Positions 7,729 to 16,408 of a DNA stretch of 25,933 bases are shown here, piece by piece. Under the pieces are notes generated by a model that had not been told where the DNA came from, did no database searches, and worked only from the letters and a program-made list of their open reading frames with translations. The position numbers and the translations under genes were made by a program. The DNA comes from Candidatus Altiarchaeota archaeon. Its GTDB lineage: Archaea > Altiarchaeota > Altiarchaeia > IMC4 > SCGC-AAA252-I15. The stretch is from positions 1-25,933 of the forward strand of contig JBDRLL010000038.1 of assembly GCA_043813075.1 (NCBI GenBank). The letters are read 5' to 3'. Each line of letters opens with the position of its first letter. Position 1 is the first letter of the stretch.

Positions 7729-9093
7729 CTAAATGTAGCCTATCTCATGGAGTTCCTCCAAAATCTTAGTTTTATCCCCAGTATCCTTCATGATGTCTGA
7801 CATAAAATGGCTCATTTCTTCTTCTAGAAGCTTCTTTGAATCGGATTCCTCCGATATAAGGTTTTCTTTTTCCCACCTGTCGGATGTTATGTTATACAAT
7901 CCTACTATTGCTTTTCCGTTATGGTGCATTTTGTAGTCGCCTATCCTAACTATTTTCTCCTTCTTCCACTCGGCAAATACGCTCCTGTTTTCCCACGTAT
8001 CCAGGATATTTTCGCCGTCAAACACTCCCTGTTCATAGTCGATGCCTAATAGCTTCAGGATAGTGGGTGCTATGTCTAGGGTTGAGACAACCTTGCTGGA
8101 GTGTCCAATATCCCCCAGTTTCCCACCGCCAACACTGAACATCAGGGGAACCCATATCTCGTATTCATCAAGGTTTTGGCAGTGATTCCACTTGTTTCCC
8201 TCACCAAGGTGTTCGCCGTGGTCGGACGTTAGTACCACAATCGTGTTATCAGTCAAATCATGGGATTCTAGATACTCCAGGAATCTGCCTATCTGAAAGT
8301 CTGTGTATCTCACCTCCCCATCATAGAGGGCATTATAATAGTCGACTTCCTCGCTGGAGAAAATATCCCCCATCCTCCCCCAGTAATCGTCGCTTAATGC
8401 ATCATACTCTGCTTTTTCCAGTCTTTCTCTCGTAAAACCCTCCACTCGACTAAGACGTCCATCCACGTAATCCCTAAATCCTTCTGGAGGGTAATACGGG
8501 TCATGGGGGTCATAATAATGCAGCCACATGAAGAAACTATCCTCCCTGTTATCCTCCAGCCATTTAATCGCATTTTGTGTTATGACATCAGCGGTTCTAT
8601 TGGTGAAATTATACAAATCAGTTTCTTCCATGCCCTGTATGTCAAAAAGCATGAATCCCCTACCATACTCGTGTTTCACCTTATCTTCACCCATGAAATG
8701 ATGTTGGCTGACCACGGCAACAGTATTGTAACCCCCCTCCTTCATGAACTGGGCGAGTCCCACACCCTCATCATAACCGAATCTGCCGCTGAGGAATCTG
8801 GCCACAGACGGCATCGTGCAGGGGGCAGACGAAACAGCGTTTTCAAAAACCGTCTTGTCCCTAAAAAAAGAATCGATGTTAGGTGTGGTATTCCTGTAAT
8901 AGCCATAAATGCTCATATGGTCCGGCCTCAACGTTTCGATTGAAATCAAAACAACATTCTGTCTCTTGTCGGTGCGGGCGGAAGGCATCACATGACGCCA
9001 GTTAGCGAGATAATCCAAAATATAATGGGCGACCACAAGCGACATGAGAATCAGGAGGATAATACAGGTAATGCTAATGGCATTACTGCTCAT
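7729..9093 (-). CDS. Membrane-anchored sulfatase-like hydrolase/transferase (alkaline phosphatase superfamily)
   Basis: NVVLISIETLRPDH, APCTMPSV, FFMWLHYYDPHDPY, YDGEVRYTD, TSDHGE and C-terminal LHEIGYI. Confidence 0.9.
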   Translation of the reverse strand: MSSNAISITCIILLILMSLVVAHYILDYLANWRHVMPSARTDKRQNVVLISIETLRPDHMSIYGYYRNTTPNIDSFFRDKTVFENAVSSAPCTMPSVARFLSGRFGYDEGVGLAQFMKEGGYNTVAVVSQHHFMGEDKVKHEYGRGFMLFDIQGMEETDLYNFTNRTADVITQNAIKWLEDNREDSFFMWLHYYDPHDPYYPPEGFRDYVDGRLSRVEGFTRERLEKAEYDALSDDYWGRMGDIFSSEEVDYYNALYDGEVRYTDFQIGRFLEYLESHDLTDNTIVVLTSDHGEHLGEGNKWNHCQNLDEYEIWVPLMFSVGGGKLGDIGHSSKVVSTLDIAPTILKLLGIDYEQGVFDGENILDTWENRSVFAEWKKEKIVRIGDYKMHHNGKAIVGLYNITSDRWEKENLISEESDSKKLLEEEMSHFMSDIMKDTGDKTKILEELHEIGYI

Positions 9094-9281
9094 AATTCAT
9101 TATTAGTTCATAATCAGATATATACTCCATCAATCCTGTTGGTTACGTGTGTCTGGAACCATGCCATCTTGCTTGTCCCCAAGCATTTAACCCCTCATTT
9201 ATCTGTGTTTGGCATGGCCCAGCTGGTGTTTTCATTTGTTGGATTTTTGGATTAATTTATTATTCTTGTGAATATATGTGA

Positions 9282-10733
9282 GTGGGCCTCTCTGACATGG
9301 TGAAGTTTTCCAGATGGGGTGTGAGATGTTCAAGGGGTGTTTTTTTCATAGTCTTGGCCATCCTTGTAGTGGCTTTCATACATTATGCGACGATAGTGCC
9401 TGGCCATGATTGGGGCGGGGACTTCAGCATGTACGTACATCACGCGAAAAACATTGTTGAAGGCAAAGGCTACTCTGACACAGGTTACATCTTCAATCCG
9501 AAGACCACTATCGGGCCACAAAATTATCCGCCAGGATTCCCATTGATTCTAGCTCCGGTCTACGCGGTGTATGGCCTGGATTTCATGGCATTCAAGGCTG
9601 TTATAACCCTGTTCTTACTGGGGCTTGCCGTAGTCTTCTATCTGGGTTTCATGCGGGAGTTAAGCGCGAGATACCTGGTTGTCGTCATACTCGTTTTCTC
9701 CATCTCCCCGTTCATGGTTAAATTCAAGAACAATGTGTTGTCTGACATACCATTCACTTTTTTTGTTTATCTCTCGCTCTATGTGATCAACAGGAACCAT
9801 GGTGGAGACGTGCGTTGGTGGTGTCCTCTGCTTGCAGGGGCTTTGATGGGATACTGTTATCTGATACGGCCTATTGGCGCGGTATTGCCCGTAGCATTGT
9901 TCGCCTATGACCTCATCGTGTTTCGGAGGGTTTCCGGCTTCACATTAAAGTCTGTTTGTGTCTTCGCATTGTTTTTCGTGGTTAACTCCGCCTACTTCGG
10001 TGACGTATACTACTATTATAAATTTATTGGTGAACGGAATCTATACGATAGTCTTGTAGTGTACTCCCAGAGGCTGATGAAGATAGGGGAAAGCTCCGTG
10101 CAGGTGGTTGGAATACATTCTCTAATAATATTGGCCGGCTATCTGGCAAAGGTAAGGAGGAAGATCACTGTATATGAGGTTTTCGCTCCACTATACGTCA
10201 TACCGCTGTTAATGGTTACTTACGCTGAAATAAGGCTTCTTATCCCGCTGGCGCCGTTACTGGTATTCTACGCGTATTACCCGGCATACTGGATGGAGTC
10301 GAGCACAAGTCGTTCCGGCCATGTGCGGCTCGCGGGTAAAGTATTCTTCGCGTTGCTGACTATAATGATCATATTCTCGTACAAGAATCAGATGTCTAGA
10401 ATGGATTTCGGTCCTGTGCGAAACGGCCCTACAAGCGAAGTCGCTGGAGAAATGTTCGACTTCATACGGGAGAACCCTAGTGATGGGCCGTACATCTTCT
10501 ACAAGCCGCGGGTGATGGCTCTTTTCACGGGAAAGAAGGCTTCAGCCCGCCATAGGGATTGGCCTGTTAAGGAGTGGGAGTACTGTAGGAGCATTAACGC
10601 CACGCACATAGTCGAGCATACTGACAAGACATACCCCATAGTCGAGACCCATCTCGGCCAGCTGGATCTGGTCTTCTCGAACTGGAGGTACCTTGTGTAT
10701 GAAATCAGGTATGATGATGGTGATGGTGCATGA
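9282..10733 (+). CDS. GT-C fold membrane glycosyltransferase (ArnT/PMT-like)
   Basis: Multi-TM protein with an acidic first loop (DWGGDFSMY), YPPGFPLIL, VLSDIPF, LIRPIG and a soluble C-terminal domain. Confidence 0.82.
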   Translation: MGLSDMVKFSRWGVRCSRGVFFIVLAILVVAFIHYATIVPGHDWGGDFSMYVHHAKNIVEGKGYSDTGYIFNPKTTIGPQNYPPGFPLILAPVYAVYGLDFMAFKAVITLFLLGLAVVFYLGFMRELSARYLVVVILVFSISPFMVKFKNNVLSDIPFTFFVYLSLYVINRNHGGDVRWWCPLLAGALMGYCYLIRPIGAVLPVALFAYDLIVFRRVSGFTLKSVCVFALFFVVNSAYFGDVYYYYKFIGERNLYDSLVVYSQRLMKIGESSVQVVGIHSLIILAGYLAKVRRKITVYEVFAPLYVIPLLMVTYAEIRLLIPLAPLLVFYAYYPAYWMESSTSRSGHVRLAGKVFFALLTIMIIFSYKNQMSRMDFGPVRNGPTSEVAGEMFDFIRENPSDGPYIFYKPRVMALFTGKKASARHRDWPVKEWEYCRSINATHIVEHTDKTYPIVETHLGQLDLVFSNWRYLVYEIRYDDGDGA

Positions 10734-10738
10734 CGCGG

Positions 10739-11758
10739 CTATTCAATGCATTCCCCGTCTTTACAGCCTCTAGAGCATCTCTCGTAGGGGTTCGCTTCTT
10801 GGGTGATGGTCTCGCCCAGTAGGATGGTCTTGTATATGCACCTCGCTTCAGTGGTCCCCGGCTTCTGGCACAGGGGCGTTCCCTGCTGTATGTACACGTC
10901 TCCCTTATAACATATCCTGTTCTCAGTCTGGTTGCCGCAGTCCCTGTTCGTCAGACACGCTATCACATGTATCGTTGATGCTGTTGATGATGTGGAGCTT
11001 GTTGACGCGGTGGACGTGGTTGTGGGCTCGTAATATCCGTAATCGCATGTGCCATCACCGTCCGAGTCCAAGCAGCATTCCCCGCCGACTAATGTCATGG
11101 GTGGCGTGCAAAGTTCAATCTGGGCGAGGGTGGTCGAAGTCTGGGTTGGCGTGACATCCACATCTGCACGTCCTATCCACACGTATGCTCCTATGGCGAT
11201 CGTCAGAAACATCAGGGTTGCAAGTAGCAGTGCCAACAGTTTTCTGTCTGCGTTGGCGAACACCCCCAACACCAATGTAAAAACGGAGCGCAGGTGCCTG
11301 TAGAGTCCTAGGAATATTATCATGCTGGACACTAGGAAGATGGTTCTCACCAGCAGTATGCGGTTTGCGTTAACTATCGGGTATATCATAAATTCAAATC
11401 CTGAGAATATGCTTGAAAGGTGGTTGGAGTATATGAATCCTGCGAATATGAGTATGAAGACTGCCGACAGTATGGTGAATAATTTAAGCAAAAAACTCTT
11501 GTTCTTGGTCTTCAATAGTATTAACAGTATCTCCAGCTCGACGATGAATGTCAGGAGGAAGCCTAGAGTCACCAGCCAGTTGTTTTCCATCCCGCTCATG
11601 TAGTTTGTGATTCCGGCGAAAACCCCGAATATGGTCAGTATCTGCCAGTTGGATGTGATGAATGCCTCGAGGGAGACTGCTTCCGGCTCCCTCTTACGTG
11701 GCATGCCGTTTACCCCCTGATTCCCCCAACCTCCTGAAGAATCGTTCCTGTAATCCAT
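10739..11758 (-). CDS. Multi-pass membrane protein with extracellular Thr/Ser-rich linker and Cys-rich domain
   Basis: About 5 TM helices, a CCLDSDGDGTCD Ca-binding-like motif, a T/S tract and a disulfide-rich C-terminus. A TATA-like TTTTTAAG lies about 25 nt upstream. Confidence 0.75.
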   Translation of the reverse strand: MDYRNDSSGGWGNQGVNGMPRKREPEAVSLEAFITSNWQILTIFGVFAGITNYMSGMENNWLVTLGFLLTFIVELEILLILLKTKNKSFLLKLFTILSAVFILIFAGFIYSNHLSSIFSGFEFMIYPIVNANRILLVRTIFLVSSMIIFLGLYRHLRSVFTLVLGVFANADRKLLALLLATLMFLTIAIGAYVWIGRADVDVTPTQTSTTLAQIELCTPPMTLVGGECCLDSDGDGTCDYGYYEPTTTSTASTSSTSSTASTIHVIACLTNRDCGNQTENRICYKGDVYIQQGTPLCQKPGTTEARCIYKTILLGETITQEANPYERCSRGCKDGECIE

Positions 11759-11792
11759 ATGCTGATAGATTAGAGACTCAAACTTAAAAACA

Positions 11793-13061
11793 TCAGGAAA
11801 ACGCCTTTTCTGACGGTTCTGGCGTTAGGAATCCAGTCTGGTTTTCATGCAGCCGGACCATACGATAAATCATCCTCCTCTTCCCGGATTCTCTATCATT
11901 CACTATGGTGTTGTAGTATTCCCATACTGTCTCGCCATCCTCTGTTATCTCAAATACGCGGCCAGTACGGGATTCTGTTATCAACAAGTTGTTGTTCGGC
12001 AGGATCTCGACTCCGCCCCTGTCTATTGAGAAGAAGTCCTCCGGATTCTCTGCCTTATACTCCCATACCACCTTTTTTGTCAGTGGGTCTATCTCCTTTA
12101 TGCTTGAGTATCCGCGTTCAAACCCGTTGTCGAATATGAGGATGTTCCCTTCAGGGGTTATCGTCGGCTTGTGTGGGTATTCCAGTCCTTCAGGACCGTA
12201 AGTCCACACTATCTCCTCCTTATTCAGGTCGATGACGCCTATGATGTTGATGTGGCGTATGCAGAATAATACGTCACCCTTCTTGAATATCATGGACCCG
12301 TTCTTATAAACGTCTTTCTCTATTACCTCTATGGTGTTTGTGTGGTAGGTATCCCATCCATCGTATCCAGGCAATCTGATATATGTCTTCTGGTTTTTCG
12401 TTAGCTGGAGGAGTATCGGGTCCTTTAGTATCTGGTCTGTGAGGGAGACTTTCTTTATTATCTCGCCCTTCATGTTGATGACCACGAAATTATTGTCCAG
12501 TACCAGCAGTTCGTCTGATATCTCAGACCTGTTCTCCAACTCATAATCCACTAGGTAGATCAGGCCCTTATCGTCCAATCCAATGTCATGATGGTATCCC
12601 CCGGTGATTAATACTTCCGGCTCCTGGTTCTTGCGTATCACAGTCACTCCCATGTCTTCGGACAATACTAGTGCGGTCTCATCATCGTATGGCTCCAGTA
12701 GCTTGCATTCTGACAGTGGGAGTTTAATGCTCTCGGTTATGGTGCCCTCCATGTCCATGAACATCAGAATGCTGTCAACCCTGTTACAGTAGGCGTTAAG
12801 CCCATCATACGCCTTACCCTTCTCATATATGGTGACGTTGTATTTACTGGCGTTTTTATCTTTCTCGGGTATGTCGTATTCTGTTAGATAACCCAATTCC
12901 ACTAGCCTGCTGACTGCGGAATCAGCTATCACTTCATCCACATCTGGGATATCCCCCACAGGGTACAGTAAATAGGTTAATGCAGAAAGAGCGAAACTTA
13001 AAGCTACTATCGTCAGGGCTATGAGCGTTATGACACTGATAGTGTATCTCCTTGATTTCAT
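11793..13061 (-). CDS. Arylsulfotransferase (ASST) family beta-propeller protein, membrane-anchored
   Basis: YHHDI, DTYHTNTIE, YPHKP, ILIFDNG, LPNNNLLITES..GRVFEIT..GE.VWEY and IYR. Confidence 0.88.
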   Translation of the reverse strand: MKSRRYTISVITLIALTIVALSFALSALTYLLYPVGDIPDVDEVIADSAVSRLVELGYLTEYDIPEKDKNASKYNVTIYEKGKAYDGLNAYCNRVDSILMFMDMEGTITESIKLPLSECKLLEPYDDETALVLSEDMGVTVIRKNQEPEVLITGGYHHDIGLDDKGLIYLVDYELENRSEISDELLVLDNNFVVINMKGEIIKKVSLTDQILKDPILLQLTKNQKTYIRLPGYDGWDTYHTNTIEVIEKDVYKNGSMIFKKGDVLFCIRHINIIGVIDLNKEEIVWTYGPEGLEYPHKPTITPEGNILIFDNGFERGYSSIKEIDPLTKKVVWEYKAENPEDFFSIDRGGVEILPNNNLLITESRTGRVFEITEDGETVWEYYNTIVNDRESGKRRMIYRMVRLHENQTGFLTPEPSEKAFS

Positions 13062-13071
13062 CCAGCTATTG

Positions 13072-13404
13072 CTAACTATGGCCTACTGTCGCTTTCGCGT
13101 CCTGCTCTAAGTATGCTGCAGTGTAAACCATTGCCATCCAGACTCCAACGCATGCGAGTAGCATTGGAATGCCTATTGACATGATTTCCGAGAGCATAAC
13201 TGCCGCATCCACTGGGTTTGCCATCGCCGTAAGGAAAGGCGGGTAGGGAACTATTTCGCCGCTAGCCAGGTGCTCTATCATCAAGCCCGCTGAACCGCCC
13301 CACGCGAGCGTGTTGAACCATCCTATATGGTATTTCTCCGGTATCCTCTTCCGGAATATCGTCGTTATCACTGCCGTTGCCATTGGTGCTGAAAAACAAG
13401 CCAT
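13072..13404 (-). CDS. Small membrane protein, putative metal-transport subunit B
   Basis: 3 hydrophobic segments, N-terminal MACF and WGGSAGLMIEH...GE...PFL. It lies 2 nt downstream of its paralog. Confidence 0.75.
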   Translation of the reverse strand: MACFSAPMATAVITTIFRKRIPEKYHIGWFNTLAWGGSAGLMIEHLASGEIVPYPPFLTAMANPVDAAVMLSEIMSIGIPMLLACVGVWMAMVYTAAYLEQDAKATVGHS

Positions 13405-13406
13405 CT

Positions 13407-13703
13407 TTACTCTACCTCCTGTTGAACCTCATTTTTTAATTTCGATATGACTAATTGAATCTCCCATATGATAAATACCGGTATCAGCATCGCCAGCCCC
13501 AACACAGTCCCGCTTTCAATCAGTCCGCCAGCCTCCATCTCGATGAACGGGCCGCCCTCGTATCCTAACACGTGGTCGATGAAGACCATTATTGAAAGAC
13601 CCCATAGCATGAGGGCTAGATCCCCTAACTTATACTTTTTCGGGGTGTAAGCCCAAACAGCGGTTACCAGTATCGCCGCCACAGTTGATGTAATAAGCCA
13701 CAT
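13407..13703 (-). CDS. Small membrane protein, putative metal-transport subunit A
   Basis: 3 hydrophobic segments and WGLSIMVFIDH...YE..PFI. It is divergent from nikR. Confidence 0.75.
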   Translation of the reverse strand: MWLITSTVAAILVTAVWAYTPKKYKLGDLALMLWGLSIMVFIDHVLGYEGGPFIEMEAGGLIESGTVLGLAMLIPVFIIWEIQLVISKLKNEVQQEVE

Positions 13704-13730
13704 AACACTACCATAACACTTTTTTTATTA

Positions 13731-13764
13731 ATGTGTCACATACTATATAAGCGTGGTGACACAT
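13731..13764. promoter_or_regulatory. Putative NikR operator
   Basis: Perfect inverted repeat ATGTGTCAC-N16-GTGACACAT enclosing TATATAA within the 62-bp divergent intergenic region. Wide half-site spacing is typical of NikR (E. coli GTATGA-N16-TCATAC). Confidence 0.78.
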
Positions 13765-13765
13765 C

Positions 13766-14176
13766 ATGGTCGACAGGGTGACACGATTCGGCGTATCACT
13801 GCCCAGCGAACTTATGGGCAGGTTCGACAGCGCCATCTCGAAACTAGGATACTCCAACCGCAGCAAGGCCATCGGGGATGCAGTCACCGATTTCATAAGC
13901 CAGAAAAGAGTGCCTGACTGCGGGAGGATAATCGGAACCGTATCCTACATCTACGACCACCATATCTCCGACGTCAACAGGAAGCTGGTTGAACTACAAC
14001 ACGGCTTCGAGAAAAACATCAAATCCACGATGCACAGCCACATAACCCACCACAACTGCGTTGAAGTGCTGATAGTCGAAGGGAACGCTGAAGAGATACA
14101 AAAACTCTACGGCGGCCTGAGCGCGACAAGAGGCGTTCAGAACTGCAAGCTCGCGATACTCGACAAGACCCTGTGA
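13766..14176 (+). CDS. nikR: Nickel-responsive regulator NikR
   Basis: RHH N-terminus (RFGVSLP..L...FD......GYSNRSKAI.D) and ACT domain with Ni ligands (LQH, MHSH, NCVE). Confidence 0.96.
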   Translation: MVDRVTRFGVSLPSELMGRFDSAISKLGYSNRSKAIGDAVTDFISQKRVPDCGRIIGTVSYIYDHHISDVNRKLVELQHGFEKNIKSTMHSHITHHNCVEVLIVEGNAEEIQKLYGGLSATRGVQNCKLAILDKTL

Positions 14177-14180
14177 AATA

Positions 14181-15347
14181 TTACGTGAATTGGCTTAGCC
14201 TGAGTTGCCTGCTCCTCAGTTCCTCGCGCAGCACACTGCTGTCCCTTATGAACCTGTCAACACCAAGTCTCAACCTTGGTTCAACGCTGTCCAATGCCTC
14301 CCCCAGGCTCGAGTGTTCCGACGGCTTAGTGTTCATGGCCGCCCGGACGTTCTCACGCACGTTGAAGACTCCTAATGGGACATAACCTTCATAGGCCTCT
14401 CTCAGGACTATCGCTCCAGCCTGGATGCCTTCTCTCGCGAGGCCTTCTAGGACTCCGAACTTGCAGCTGTAGTAGCAGCCTCCTACTGTTGAGTAGCCTT
14501 TCTTTCCGTTGTTCCACTCGTGGTCTGTGAACAATACTTCCTCCCTGCCGAGCACATGGAGGAACGCCTCCATCCACTCGTACTGCCATGGCGTCGGAGT
14601 TAGTATGATGGCGTAGTAGTTGTTTAGGCTCTCGAACTCGTGCACCCTGTAATAGTCTATGGACTCATTGTTCCTCACCTCCTGACTCAGGCTGTCTGCC
14701 AGGGTGGTGTCGCATGCTGTGATGGACCAGCGGGTGGGGACTAGCCGCCTCCTCCTGCCCGCCCCAAAGCTCCCTACCGAGAATGCCTTCTGTATCCTGG
14801 AGAAGGGAGTGCTCTTATCATATAACTCCAGCACAGCGTCCCTGGCCTTCAGGTCCGTGTCGTAGTGCGCCTTCTCCATGTCCTTATCCCACCTGCAGTT
14901 GTCTGTCTCGTAGCTCGTGTATTCCCCGCTCGGCCCGTGGGGGGTGTGGTGGTCGTTGAATGACATGCCAGACGGTTTTTTAACGAACTCCGCGCACCCT
15001 GGTATGGGGTCTCTCGACATCACCGTCTCCTGCAGTTTTGAGACTATCCTGTTGTCCACGTCAGTCACATTCACCTCATGCTTCCCCCTGACCATGCTCA
15101 ACCTGTATCCTATGATGTCTTCTATCGTGTTCTGGGAGGGTATCCAGTCTTCGGGAGAGTCCATCCGGCTTGTTTCCGTTAGCTCTGGGACGAGCAGGGG
15201 TCCTGCGAGCACTTTAGGATAGTTCCAGCTGCCTATGAATGCTGACGGCGGCGTGGAGCCTTCTATCCTCTTGCCCAAGTCTACTGACCTGAACCTCAGC
15301 TGAGAAGTAAGCTGCTTCAGGTAATTGTTCTTGTCCCTGATGCCCAT
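14181..15347 (-). CDS. Nre family archaeal DNA repair protein with C-terminal PIP box
   Basis: GSTPPSAFIG...YPKV..GPL, RRLVPTRWSITA.D, GGCYY, PLGVFNVRENVR and PIP-like QLRLSQF. Start reassigned to ATG 15347 (MGIRDK). Confidence 0.9.
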   Translation of the reverse strand: MGIRDKNNYLKQLTSQLRFRSVDLGKRIEGSTPPSAFIGSWNYPKVLAGPLLVPELTETSRMDSPEDWIPSQNTIEDIIGYRLSMVRGKHEVNVTDVDNRIVSKLQETVMSRDPIPGCAEFVKKPSGMSFNDHHTPHGPSGEYTSYETDNCRWDKDMEKAHYDTDLKARDAVLELYDKSTPFSRIQKAFSVGSFGAGRRRRLVPTRWSITACDTTLADSLSQEVRNNESIDYYRVHEFESLNNYYAIILTPTPWQYEWMEAFLHVLGREEVLFTDHEWNNGKKGYSTVGGCYYSCKFGVLEGLAREGIQAGAIVLREAYEGYVPLGVFNVRENVRAAMNTKPSEHSSLGEALDSVEPRLRLGVDRFIRDSSVLREELRSRQLRLSQFT

Positions 15348-15439
15348 AGAGTGAGAATTGGTTTTACCTTGGTTTAATAAAAATCCTAGTCCACTGGAAA
15401 AATAACATTCAATCCCCTCTGGTGGCGGAGTCGCATGGC

Positions 15440-15940
15440 CTACCATCCCTTGTATAGTTCCGCGGGATTGTGGCCTCCCGGAAGGCACCAGTTTGGGGCC
15501 AGGTTGAGGTTCCAGCTGCCGCAACCCGGGTTGCCGCTGGCCACAGTATCCCCGCATTCCACTGGCACGCAGATGTTCTGCGAGTTCACCACGAAGCCTG
15601 GACTGCACGTGCTGTTCTGCCGGCAGGCCTCCTGGAAGTATCCGCCGCACACGGTGGTCGTGGTGGTCGAAGTGGTTGAGGTCGTGGTCGAATTGGTGGT
15701 TGTCGTCGACGTCGTCGACGTCGTGCTAGTGGTCGTTGTCGTCGTGGTGCTGGTTGTTGATGTCGTTGAAGTGCTGGTCGTGGTGGTCGCCCGCTCATAG
15801 AACACGTATGCCGTCATCGTAGCCGCCACTGCGATGCCCGCAAGAAATACGATTACCGCTGTGATGAAGAACGCGATGTTCCTCGCCCCCGCATTATTCG
15901 GGGTTTCCCCTCCCACTCCTGCCTCATCCAGCCTGCTCAT
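15440..15940 (-). CDS. Membrane-anchored surface protein with Thr-rich stalk and small Cys-rich domain
   Basis: A single TM helix, a run of about 45 T/S residues, then a domain with 7 Cys. Confidence 0.8.
   Translation of the reverse strand: MSRLDEAGVGGETPNNAGARNIAFFITAVIVFLAGIAVAATMTAYVFYERATTTTSTSTTSTTSTTTTTTTSTTSTTSTTTTNSTTTSTTSTTTTTVCGGYFQEACRQNSTCSPGFVVNSQNICVPVECGDTVASGNPGCGSWNLNLAPNWCLPGGHNPAELYKGW
15652..15790 (-). repeat. Low-complexity ACN-codon tract encoding the Thr/Ser stalk
   Basis: Imperfect GTG/GTC/GTT trinucleotide repeats on the + strand. Confidence 0.8.
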
Positions 15941-16098
15941 GACAAGAGTATTGCGTTAAAGCGGTTTAAAAATGTTTTTAATAACCGGCCTGGTAAATAA
16001 GGTATGTGAGGTTCATGGGTCAAGGCCTTGGATCGTTCTTCGGCTTGAGGATGATGCGAAGGGCCGTTCGGATTCAGGCCTCTATTGCAGGTGGTAGA

Positions 16099-16401
16099 AT
16101 GAAAGGAGACGATAAACTAAGGCATGGTAAAGCAGGGCACGGTCTTCCCGCTGCCCTGAAAGAGTACGCGAAATCAAGGGGAATCAAAGTATCCGACATT
16201 GAGTTGAAGACTCTTGTTGGCGAGGCCGCTGGAGAACTCTATTTGGAGTTGGATGGCAGGGGTGAAGTCTCTCTCAAGGATATGAGGGCCAGGTTCGAGG
16301 GCAGGGGGCCTGTCATGATGGCTGCCCTAGGCTGGCTTATGAGGGAAGACAAGGTCGATGTCGTCATAGGTGAGGACAGCATCACCGCCAGGTTAAAGTA
16401 G
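16099..16401 (+). CDS. Winged-helix protein (DUF2582-like)
   Basis: VGEAAGELY..L...GEVS......ALGWLMREDKV signature. ATG 16099 follows a GGTGG RBS; the ORF track starts at 16006. Confidence 0.75.
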   Translation: MKGDDKLRHGKAGHGLPAALKEYAKSRGIKVSDIELKTLVGEAAGELYLELDGRGEVSLKDMRARFEGRGPVMMAALGWLMREDKVDVVIGEDSITARLK

Positions 16402-16408
16402 CCTGCAT

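Noticed and set aside
15348-15650. N-terminal 101-aa extension of the Nre ORF
   Set aside because: It overlaps the Thr-rich gene in another frame and crosses an AT-rich promoter-like region. Nre-like sequence begins at ATG 15347.
15435-15800. Val-rich and Arg/Pro-rich ORFs
   Set aside because: They are antisense or alternative-frame shadows of the Thr-codon tract. The tract is also not a CRISPR array, as it has no repeat-spacer periodicity.
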